Below are positions 8,741-15,992 of a stretch of DNA of 64,000 nt, piece after piece (the first letter of the stretch is position 1; every line of letters begins with the position of its first letter). The position numbers were made by a program, and so were the translations under genes. The notes below the pieces were generated by a model, which had not been told where the DNA came from, made no database searches, and worked only from the letters and a program-made list of their open reading frames with translations. This DNA is from Candidatus Saccharimonadales bacterium (GTDB taxonomy: Bacteria > Patescibacteriota > Saccharimonadia > Saccharimonadales > DASZAF01). Location: positions 704 to 64,703 of the forward strand of contig DATIIB010000008.1 of assembly GCA_035480055.1 (NCBI GenBank). Reading direction: 5' to 3'.

Positions 8741-8769
8741 TTGTCATCTTCGGTGAAAATTGGTAGTAT
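8741..8769 (+). promoter_or_regulatory. sigma70-like promoter for tRNA-Asp
   Basis: TTGTCA (8741-8746), 17 nt spacer, TAGTAT (8764-8769). Confidence 0.4.
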
Positions 8770-8793
8770 AACAGGGTTAGGTTTCTAGAACGA

Positions 8794-8871
8794 GGGCTCG
8801 TAGTGAAGTTGGCCTATCACGCCTCCCTGTCACGGAGGAGATCGCCGGTTCGAATCCGGTCGGGCCCGCCA
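8794..8871 (+). tRNA. tRNA-Asp (anticodon GTC), CCA encoded
   Basis: Acceptor GGGCTCG/CGGGCCC, anticodon arm CCTCC-CTGTCAC-GGAGG, T-loop GGTTCGAATCC, GCCA end. Confidence 0.9.
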
Positions 8872-8882
8872 GTAAATGAACA

Positions 8883-8908
8883 CCATCCTCTAAAGGGATG
8901 GTTTTTTT
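8883..8908 (+). terminator. rho-independent terminator after tRNA-Asp
   Basis: CCATCC-TCTAAA-GGGATGG followed by TTTTTTT. Confidence 0.65.
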
Positions 8909-8962
8909 ATTGGAGATAGATTCGCGCCAGAAGTTGGAGAGCTCATTTGTTATACTGAATAC

Positions 8963-9358
8963 ATGAAGATAGTTAAGCTCAACCAAACTCAAAAGTTCCA
9001 AAACAGCGCCACATGCACCGCCTTTGAGTACCCCTCAGACGACAAAGACATCAACGGTGCAGTCATTACACTCAACGGACGATATCCCGAAAAAGGCTAC
9101 GCCATGAATGAGGTCTGCAAAGAGTTGGTCTACGTCGTTGAAGGCACTGGCCAGTTGACTGTTGGCGATGAAACTCAGACGCTTCAGCAAGGCGACTTAG
9201 CACTCTTGCTGCCAGGCGAAAAGTATTTTTTTGAAGGAGAATTAACGATGTTCATGCCCTGCAGCCCGGCGTGGTATCCGGAACAGCACAAGAGCTTGAT
9301 TCATAGATCTCATCCGGCCTTGGATAGCGCCGCCAACTTCTCTCGATACGCCTTCTGA
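8963..9358 (+). CDS. cupin domain protein
   Basis: Cupin_2-like ELVYVVEGTGQLTVGDETQTLQQGDLALLLPGEKYFFEG; 3' end overlaps the convergent gene by 49 nt. Confidence 0.7.
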   Translation: MKIVKLNQTQKFQNSATCTAFEYPSDDKDINGAVITLNGRYPEKGYAMNEVCKELVYVVEGTGQLTVGDETQTLQQGDLALLLPGEKYFFEGELTMFMPCSPAWYPEQHKSLIHRSHPALDSAANFSRYAF

Positions 9359-9849
9359 TTAAAATGCCCTGGGTAATCCACCAGCTCAGTATTGAGCACA
9401 GTGAAGCCAGCCTGCCTTAGCGGCTCGGCTGCAACATCGAAGACATTGGATTTAATTAAAATAATCTTGGTGTCTTTGCTTGCCAGCTCCCCTACCCGCT
9501 CTAATAAGCGCGGAAGGCTCTCGGCAATTCGCGCTTGGCGCTGGCCCTTGGTAATCTCGTGTATTTGAGATTCCTCGAGCGCCTCGATCATATACCAACC
9601 ATCGGCCTGAAACCGACGTAGCCACTGCTCCTTGTCTGCCTCTAGCTCTGGCTCGGACATATCGGCTGCTTCGGGATACAGCGCCTTAATAGTGTTGGTA
9701 AACAAGCGATCATCTTTACGAATACGGTCACTGCGGTAAAACTGCCGACTACTCTGCACCTCTGCCGCTGGTGGTGGCGACTCGGCAATCAGTAGCATTT
9801 TGATATGCGCAGGGCGATATTTTTCTCTGATGTCGTTGTACGAACTCAC
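9310..9849 (-). CDS. hypothetical protein
   Basis: GTG start with AGGGGAA SD 6 nt upstream; no motif I can assign firmly (LLIAESPPP / YPGHFN loosely recall the UDG-superfamily fold). Confidence 0.55.
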   Translation of the reverse strand: MSSYNDIREKYRPAHIKMLLIAESPPPAAEVQSSRQFYRSDRIRKDDRLFTNTIKALYPEAADMSEPELEADKEQWLRRFQADGWYMIEALEESQIHEITKGQRQARIAESLPRLLERVGELASKDTKIILIKSNVFDVAAEPLRQAGFTVLNTELVDYPGHFNQKAYREKLAALSKAG

Positions 9850-9860
9850 TCGTGGTTCCC

Positions 9861-10943
9861 CTACTGCAGCGTGAGTTGCACTGGCACCGTGATGTACGAT
9901 TTTACCTTGTTGTCTTTTTGCAACTGCTGCAACTGGTCCGAAAAGGCCTGATATTTGAAGAAGATAGCGGCGGCTCGGACTTTGCTGCCATCGACCTCGA
10001 TCGCCCGCATAATAAAGAGGCCTTGCTTGCTAGAAATAACGTCAGAATGCTGACCAGCCTTCAGGCTAAACAGTGCATCTTGCAATTCCGGGGGAAGATC
10101 AGCTTTACCTTTTTCCAAAATGCCGATCTCTCCACCAGCTTCGCGCCGAGCGGTATCATCTGACATTGCTTTGGCCGTGGCAGCAAAGTCCGCACCATTA
10201 TTGAGGTCAGCGAGCGCTTTATCAGCCCGAGCTCGCGCACTTGTATCGATTGCCGCGTATACCTTGTTACGAAGGAGTTGTAGCCGCAAGGTCTCACGCC
10301 ATTGGCTATAGCTTTGATCGTATTCTTTTTTGATAACGTCTTTATAGAGCTTCAGCGACCCTGCGTAAGCCTGCTGGTTAATAATCCGCTGGACCTGGGT
10401 CTCTACCTCTTGGTCACTTACAGTTATCTTGCGCTGCTTGGCGATTTTTTTAATCAGCGCGTATTGCAGCTCTTGGCTTAAGGCTCGTTGCTTAAGATCT
10501 TGTAGTTGGCGCTTTCCATCTTCTGTCTTAAAGCTCACGCCTTCCTGGGTAGCCAAATAATGCATGCTGCTACGAAGGGTGTTGAGATAATCACCATAAC
10601 GCACCGCCGCACCGTCAATCTTGGCAACTGGGACAGGAACGATCGCTGCCACGCGGTACATAAACGTGCCTGTACTCTGTTGTTTGTAGAGCTGCCACCA
10701 ACAAAGTGTGCTAAAGAGCAGCAATGCTGCCATCACAATACCTGCCGACATTACAATAATGCGCTGCTTGGAGTGCTGCAAAGGATATTTAAAACGACGT
10801 CCGGCGCTGAGGATCTGTTCGCGATGTTGCGCGACGGTGTCATTGGTAATGCGTCCTGGAGGTGGCGTTGCCTCACTCTGCCCAGGAAGTTTGTGGCGCA
10901 TTTTGCCGCCAGCGCTTTTGAGTTTAGTCTTGAGTTGTTTCAT
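9861..10943 (-). CDS. membrane-anchored parvulin-type peptidyl-prolyl isomerase (PrsA/SurA-like)
   Basis: N-terminal TM (IIVMSAGIVMAALLLFSTL), SurA-like helical region, C-terminal rotamase GGEIGILEKG...LKAGQHSDVISSKQGLFIMR. Confidence 0.8.
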   Translation of the reverse strand: MKQLKTKLKSAGGKMRHKLPGQSEATPPPGRITNDTVAQHREQILSAGRRFKYPLQHSKQRIIVMSAGIVMAALLLFSTLCWWQLYKQQSTGTFMYRVAAIVPVPVAKIDGAAVRYGDYLNTLRSSMHYLATQEGVSFKTEDGKRQLQDLKQRALSQELQYALIKKIAKQRKITVSDQEVETQVQRIINQQAYAGSLKLYKDVIKKEYDQSYSQWRETLRLQLLRNKVYAAIDTSARARADKALADLNNGADFAATAKAMSDDTARREAGGEIGILEKGKADLPPELQDALFSLKAGQHSDVISSKQGLFIMRAIEVDGSKVRAAAIFFKYQAFSDQLQQLQKDNKVKSYITVPVQLTLQ

Positions 10944-11463
10944 CTAAATCCTGCCCACCGTTTTCTTTGATGATCTTATGCAGCTCGCTATAAATGCGGT
11001 CGGGGTGTGGCACTTTATCAAGTACTAAATCACCAACGTACGTTTGCACGATTATGGTCCCGAACCCAAACATTGAAGCAGTGAATCCATTTATATTATA
11101 GCTTATGTTCTGGATTTTATTGAGCCCGACATCCACAACACTTCTCCCAAAGAAGCCACGCTGAATGGTTTGCCGAAAACGTAAGTTGGTAATGACAAAG
11201 ACGCTAAAGTACCATCCAATCCAATGGTAGAAGAGCCCAATGCACCCCAGAACGAACGCGCCCACAAACACCCCGTACGACTGCATGTTCAGTGGCGCAA
11301 AAAGCACAGGTAACGCGCCGAGCGCGGTCAAAATAAGTAACAGATACAGCCCTTTGCGCATCGCAACTGGGTGCCGCCGAAAGACCAAAAGTACCTCTTC
11401 GTCGTCGTACTGACCTTCAAACTGATGAGGATTCTTCTCTTCTTCGGTCGCATCTTCAGCCAT
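10924..11463 (-). CDS. membrane protein with bacterial PH domain (YdbS/YdbT-like, bPH_2)
   Basis: Acidic N-terminus, two TM helices, then VFVITNLRFRQTIQRGFFGRSVVDVGLNKIQNISY pattern. Confidence 0.65.
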   Translation of the reverse strand: MAEDATEEEKNPHQFEGQYDDEEVLLVFRRHPVAMRKGLYLLLILTALGALPVLFAPLNMQSYGVFVGAFVLGCIGLFYHWIGWYFSVFVITNLRFRQTIQRGFFGRSVVDVGLNKIQNISYNINGFTASMFGFGTIIVQTYVGDLVLDKVPHPDRIYSELHKIIKENGGQDLDETTQD

Positions 11464-11502
11464 GCTGCTATTGTACCGCAGCGCCGCGTCAAGCGCGAGC
11501 AG

Positions 11503-12582
11503 CTAAAACCACGGATTATCCCCAAGACTCCACACCGAAAGATGCTGCACACCGCTCGCTTTGGCTTGCTGCAAGCGAATGCGCATCGTCTGTTGATCCG
11601 CATAGTCATAAAAAGTATTTCCCTCTTTGACTGTCAGCTCGCCGTCCTTGGTGCGCGTCGGCTGCACGGCGCCAATCTGACGCTTGATAGTTGCACTGGG
11701 GACAACAGCGATCTTGCCAGAACCACTATCGCCTTTATATCCATAGGCCGCAATTCCAGCAATTCCCTTTTCGCCCGCGGTCCGCTTCAGCCACTGCATG
11801 CACAGGAGTGACCAATTTTCTGGAGCAATTGGCGTGCCCACGCCAGCATCATATTGGTTGTCATAGATCATCATCACCACGCCATCGGTCAGGGCGGCGA
11901 GTTCTTCATACTTCCACTTATACCATTTCTGGCTCGACGCGTCAGGGATTGGTGGGCCATCGATCAGGAGTTTGTGCCCAGAGGCATGCAGCGCCGCTGC
12001 CAATTTGGTCACAAAGGTTTTATATGAGCCGTAATACTCTGCATTCCACTGGCCGAACTCTTCCCAATCCAGCTCAACGCCAAAACCGGTTTGATTGGCG
12101 AGCTGCACTATTTGAGGGATTGTCTGACTACTTCGCATGGCAAGAGTTGTTCCGGCCATGGTTCCCGAGACGGTAATGTACTGCTCAGCGCTATGCTGCT
12201 TTACCAGCGCGACCGTTGCCGCCGAGTACCCGTTGGGCGCTTCTTGGCTTTGGTTGATCTGCGTCACCGCGCCGGTATCTTCAATGTGCAGAAATTCGAT
12301 TTTGGCAGCAGTAATTTTGCGACCATCCTGCAAAGCCGTCAATGCCCCTGGGGCGTCGGGATAGATCCAGGCATCGATCTTGGCCTGATCTTGGGTGGTG
12401 GCACTGTGAGGACTACTGGATGGTGAGCCACGGTGCTGCGCAAAAAACAACTGGTGCACTCCCAGCACCGCAACAGCAACACCCCCGATTACCCCAAAAA
12501 GCAGCAGCGCGGGACGCTTCCATAGCATCCGCTTTTTAAATTGTACGAAATTTGATAACCGAATCCGCATTGTCGCATCCAT
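11503..12582 (-). CDS. membrane-anchored glycoside hydrolase family 18-like protein
   Basis: GFGVELDWEEF matches the GH18 DxxDxDWE catalytic motif; ends VWSLGDNPWF; N-terminal TM. Track ORF (to 12948) trimmed to MDATMRIR because the extension runs through tRNA-Arg. Confidence 0.7.
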   Translation of the reverse strand: MDATMRIRLSNFVQFKKRMLWKRPALLLFGVIGGVAVAVLGVHQLFFAQHRGSPSSSPHSATTQDQAKIDAWIYPDAPGALTALQDGRKITAAKIEFLHIEDTGAVTQINQSQEAPNGYSAATVALVKQHSAEQYITVSGTMAGTTLAMRSSQTIPQIVQLANQTGFGVELDWEEFGQWNAEYYGSYKTFVTKLAAALHASGHKLLIDGPPIPDASSQKWYKWKYEELAALTDGVVMMIYDNQYDAGVGTPIAPENWSLLCMQWLKRTAGEKGIAGIAAYGYKGDSGSGKIAVVPSATIKRQIGAVQPTRTKDGELTVKEGNTFYDYADQQTMRIRLQQAKASGVQHLSVWSLGDNPWF

Positions 12583-12633
12583 ACTCTTAGTGTAATACTG
12601 TAGTATACCTGATGCACCTGAATGTAACCCAAG

Positions 12634-12642
12634 TGGTATAAT
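12634..12642 (+). promoter_or_regulatory. extended -10 (TGgTATAAT) for tRNA-Arg
   Basis: TGGTATAAT ends 8 nt before the tRNA 5' end. Confidence 0.45.
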
Positions 12643-12650
12643 CCAACCAT

Positions 12651-12727
12651 GCCCCGGTAGCTCAGCTGGACAGAGCAGTCCCGTCCTAAGGGAACGGTCG
12701 GGGGTTCGAATCCCTCCCGGGGTACCA
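12651..12727 (+). tRNA. tRNA-Arg (anticodon CCT), CCA encoded
   Basis: GCCCCGG-TA-GCTCAGCTGGACAGAGC...GTCCTAA...GGGGGTTCGAATCCCTC-CCGGGGT-A-CCA (G1-U72 wobble). Confidence 0.9.
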
Positions 12728-12752
12728 AAAGGAATCTGCAGAGTAAGAGTAT

Positions 12753-13631
12753 ATGAGTGAGCACACTGGACTTGTTGTTGAAAATATGGAGCTACTCCTG
12801 CCGCGCCTGTCGGTCCTTGAGCTCGGCCACCCCGATCCGTCCATGCCTGATTACGCTGAGTACTCACCCAAAGCAATAATCCCCATTGAGTCTCGCCCGT
12901 TTGATGAAACAACCGACTTTCCTTGGCTAGAACAATATTTTTTAGCACGAGAGACCACTCCGCTCCTTGGCCGTATGGCGATTATCAAATCACCTTTTTC
13001 TCCAGAGGAATTTGAGGCTTTACAACAATTTGCTCAAGGTGGCGTCCCAACCAGCCGTGAGGCGCAGCCAGACATTATCCGGGCTCCGATTATCGACATT
13101 CCCGATGACCTTCCAGCGCCAGGAGGTACTCTCCCGCCCAATTCCGCGACGCGTCGTAACAAGGGCGGCGATACTGTGCCGAACTATATAATGCGCAACC
13201 CACCAGGTATGCGCACCAGTACAATTATCAATGGCGACCCACCGCGCAGAGCCATTCATTTTGACAGTTGGTTTTATGGCGAAACTGGCGAGCAGCGACT
13301 GGCGTCACCCAACCGCTTGGGGCTCAACTTGGGGCCAACCCTGGACCGTTCTGTGATAATTACCGAGGATGATATTTTTGATATTGAAGCGGCATCAGAA
13401 ACCGGACTTGGACCGGGCGTGGTGGACAGGCATTTTTCGCGACAGATCGGTAATGGCGAAAAGCCTCGTGCACTTGCTCTCAAGATTGGTGTGCGCGAAG
13501 GCTATATTCTCCCAACAGAGGCTATTGGTCACGACGGGATAGTAAGCGGCGAATATAAAGGGCCTGGCGAATCATGGGTCGCCTTCTGGGTTGGCCAATT
13601 TGCGGTGGATAATTTTGAAAGAGTAGCCTAA
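12753..13631 (+). CDS. hypothetical protein (292 aa), first of a coupled pair beside the Fxs-like locus
   Basis: Long ORF 25 nt after tRNA-Arg; Pro/Asp/Gly-rich; contains IHFD (H169-x-D171) and a distal GHDG (H260); no family recognised. Confidence 0.6.
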   Translation: MSEHTGLVVENMELLLPRLSVLELGHPDPSMPDYAEYSPKAIIPIESRPFDETTDFPWLEQYFLARETTPLLGRMAIIKSPFSPEEFEALQQFAQGGVPTSREAQPDIIRAPIIDIPDDLPAPGGTLPPNSATRRNKGGDTVPNYIMRNPPGMRTSTIINGDPPRRAIHFDSWFYGETGEQRLASPNRLGLNLGPTLDRSVIITEDDIFDIEAASETGLGPGVVDRHFSRQIGNGEKPRALALKIGVREGYILPTEAIGHDGIVSGEYKGPGESWVAFWVGQFAVDNFERVA

Positions 13632-14347
13632 TGTCTCTGGAATCCCCTTCTGAACGAATAATCTATCGCCCAAGTCCCAAAACTGTACGGTACCTCAGGA
13701 CAATGGCTGAACATGCGGCGCACGGCGAGCTGGATGCGTGTACTGTGGCGCGACTTGCGGTGTGTACAGGACTGAAGCTCATTGGGACCACGGTCCCGAA
13801 GATACGGCACTATCCAGTCGTCCCTTCAGAGCATGGGTTTATCAACATTTGCCATGGCCTCCCCGAGGACCCAGAGGTGCAGCGCATTCCAGAAGCTGAT
13901 CCAGCTCAAAAAACGCTTCAGGTAGGTACGAACGCTGAAGTCGCAGCCTTGACTGGGCTTTTTGGGAATATTAATAGTCGTCGTCAAAGACAGGAACGTT
14001 GCAAACCAATCACTGATCAGGAACACAATTTTGGCTGGGTGCCCGATATACAGAAGACAAGAAACCAAGGGACTGTCCCAAATGAAGATACTTTGGTGCG
14101 GATTCATGCCCGGCCGGAACTCATTAATAGGGCTCGTGACCCAGCGAACCCCTTAACTGGCTACATTGAATGCGTTAATGACCATCCAAATTTTAAACCG
14201 ATCGCCCACGATCCCGGGCAGTATATCGGGCCAGTACCGCCTCGACGGACCATCGTTCGTATTCCGCTTCTGAGTCATTACGACCTACCCATAGACATTA
14301 TCCCCAGCAACTACGAGACCGACACTGCCTACATGAACCAAAAATAG
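13631..14347 (+). CDS. hypothetical protein (238 aa), translationally coupled to previous ORF
   Basis: TAATG stop/start overlap at 13629-13633; His/Cys-containing (EHAAHGE, INICHG, IECVNDHP); no family recognised. Confidence 0.6.
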   Translation: MSLESPSERIIYRPSPKTVRYLRTMAEHAAHGELDACTVARLAVCTGLKLIGTTVPKIRHYPVVPSEHGFINICHGLPEDPEVQRIPEADPAQKTLQVGTNAEVAALTGLFGNINSRRQRQERCKPITDQEHNFGWVPDIQKTRNQGTVPNEDTLVRIHARPELINRARDPANPLTGYIECVNDHPNFKPIAHDPGQYIGPVPPRRTIVRIPLLSHYDLPIDIIPSNYETDTAYMNQK

Positions 14348-14354
14348 CAAAGAT

Positions 14355-15617
14355 TTACTGAAGCACTACCCCAGAAGCTGTGGTGGTATAGTAGCTATCG
14401 ATATGACTCAGAATCTTCTTTCCCAGCGCACCCTCTGTCAGCCGACCGTACATGTGCGCAAACGAGCCCGCAAGATCTTTACAGAAGACTGACTGATGGC
14501 CAAAACCATCTTGAGCAGCGCGGTGCGGTAAGTAACCACCGCCACATTGAGCGCCTATGGGGCACTTCTGGCAAACTACCGCTAATGCCCCACCACCAAT
14601 GCTTCGTAGCTTTTCTTCCATGTACAGCGCGGCTTCCTGGAGGCTATGTTCGTATACATTCAGTCCGGTTTTGGCAACCCGACCGGGCGACGATTTTAGA
14701 GTGTCAACAAGCTCATACGAACCATCGGTCTCTACCACCACTAAATGCGTTTCCGCGCCCGTTCCTATGCTTTCGACACTGCTTTTTCCGCCCGCCAGCA
14801 AAGAGAGCCTCGAATCAAAAGTACGGATTCGTAGCCATTTGGCATCGTCAGGGTACCACTTATCAAATATTGCGCCCAACCACGCTGCATACGGCGCTTC
14901 GTCTCGAGCCTCTTGGGTCTCAAGTCCTGGCGGCGGAGTGATCCAGTTTCCATGGGGTAGCAAAAAATCGATCGCCGGCGGATCAAGCTCACGGAGACTC
15001 TTGTATGTCTCAATCGGGTCGCTTTCAAGATTAATAACCGCCAGAATGCCCGAAAATAGCTTACGGTAGCGACTGGATTCTTGCATCGCGAGAATCCCTT
15101 TGACCGTCGCTTCGTACGTTGGTTCACCTCGACGATTCACGCGGTGCACATTGGCGTCTGGACCTCCGTCGAGACTCACCCCTACTCGAATGGAGTTCTC
15201 TCTAAAGACCTCCAGGTATTCCTGCCCAATTCCCTCTTCACCCAAGCGATTGGCGTTAGTCTGCACCCCACACTGCACTACTGTCTTGTTGCCGACCTTA
15301 CTACGAACCTTTGCCACGGTGTTTGCAAAAAACTCCGGCGGAGCAAGTGTTGGCTCCCCTCCATGAAAAGTGAGTTCAATAACAAGTTGAGGATCATCTA
15401 CATCCAGATAAGCTGCCAAGCGATCCCCGAGGGCATCAACAGTTTCGCCCGTCATCAGCTTGGGTTGATCGCGCCAGCTTTGGTCACCAAGCTTATAGAC
15501 ATAGCAATAATCGCAATCAAGATCGCAGCGGCTATGCGCCTTGAGTACTATCTGCCCGATGCGACGTCCTGGAGTTTCCCCCAAAAGATCTCCTTGGTTT
15601 TCCAAAACTTCTGACAT
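14355..15617 (-). CDS. radical SAM/SPASM-type peptide maturase, FxsB-like (three-residue cyclophane-forming family)
   Basis: LKAHSRCDLDCDYCYVYKLGDQSWRD (Cx3Cx2C at residues 31-38), GGEP, C-terminal VETDGSYELVD ... CQKCPIGAQCGGGY ... FC; divergent from an FxSxx-COOH peptide gene. Confidence 0.85.
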   Translation of the reverse strand: MSEVLENQGDLLGETPGRRIGQIVLKAHSRCDLDCDYCYVYKLGDQSWRDQPKLMTGETVDALGDRLAAYLDVDDPQLVIELTFHGGEPTLAPPEFFANTVAKVRSKVGNKTVVQCGVQTNANRLGEEGIGQEYLEVFRENSIRVGVSLDGGPDANVHRVNRRGEPTYEATVKGILAMQESSRYRKLFSGILAVINLESDPIETYKSLRELDPPAIDFLLPHGNWITPPPGLETQEARDEAPYAAWLGAIFDKWYPDDAKWLRIRTFDSRLSLLAGGKSSVESIGTGAETHLVVVETDGSYELVDTLKSSPGRVAKTGLNVYEHSLQEAALYMEEKLRSIGGGALAVVCQKCPIGAQCGGGYLPHRAAQDGFGHQSVFCKDLAGSFAHMYGRLTEGALGKKILSHIDSYYTTTASGVVLQ

Positions 15618-15664
15618 ATCATAAATATAACATCAATGTGGGAAGACTTAACGAAAGGATCAGT

Positions 15665-15916
15665 ATGTCAGAAGTAATGACGCTCGAGCCAACTGCAGAT
15701 ATGGAAGCAGGCACTGTAATCGAGGAGGCTTCACCAGAAGAAGTTGATCATACCTTTGAGGGTATTCTCAATGCGTCAGGTCTAAAGCTTGTTAACCCAG
15801 ACGAGGTTGCAGAAGAAGCCGCTCAGACCACCGGTAATACCACTGAGAATACCGGTGCTCAAGAGGACTCTGAAGATTCTAAATCGCCAGTTGCGAAATT
15901 TAACAGTTTCATTTAG
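15665..15916 (+). CDS. FxSxx-COOH RiPP precursor peptide (FxsA-like), 83 aa
   Basis: AAAGGA SD 6 nt before ATG 15665; acidic leader; C-terminus ...KSPVAKFNSFI-stop (FNSFI = 15899-15913). Confidence 0.75.
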   Translation: MSEVMTLEPTADMEAGTVIEEASPEEVDHTFEGILNASGLKLVNPDEVAEEAAQTTGNTTENTGAQEDSEDSKSPVAKFNSFI

Positions 15917-15938
15917 CTTTACCAGCCAAGCTACAACA

Positions 15939-15966
15939 AAATGGGGACCGGACGGGGTCCCCATTT
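15939..15966. terminator. bidirectional terminator-like hairpin between the precursor gene and ndk
   Basis: AA-ATGGGGACC-GGACGG-GGTCCCCAT-TT, A-run on one side and T-rich on the other. Confidence 0.5.
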
Positions 15967-15992
15967 GTATACAGTGATGTTACTGCTGCAGT

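Noticed and set aside
12583-12948. N-terminal 122 codons of the supplied 481-aa ORF (11503-12948)
   Set aside because: The extension reads through the opposite strand of tRNA-Arg (12651-12727) and its promoter. The translated sequence there (…GIRTPDRSLRTGLLCPAELPGHG…) is just the tRNA reverse complement. The start was moved to MDATMRIR at 12582.
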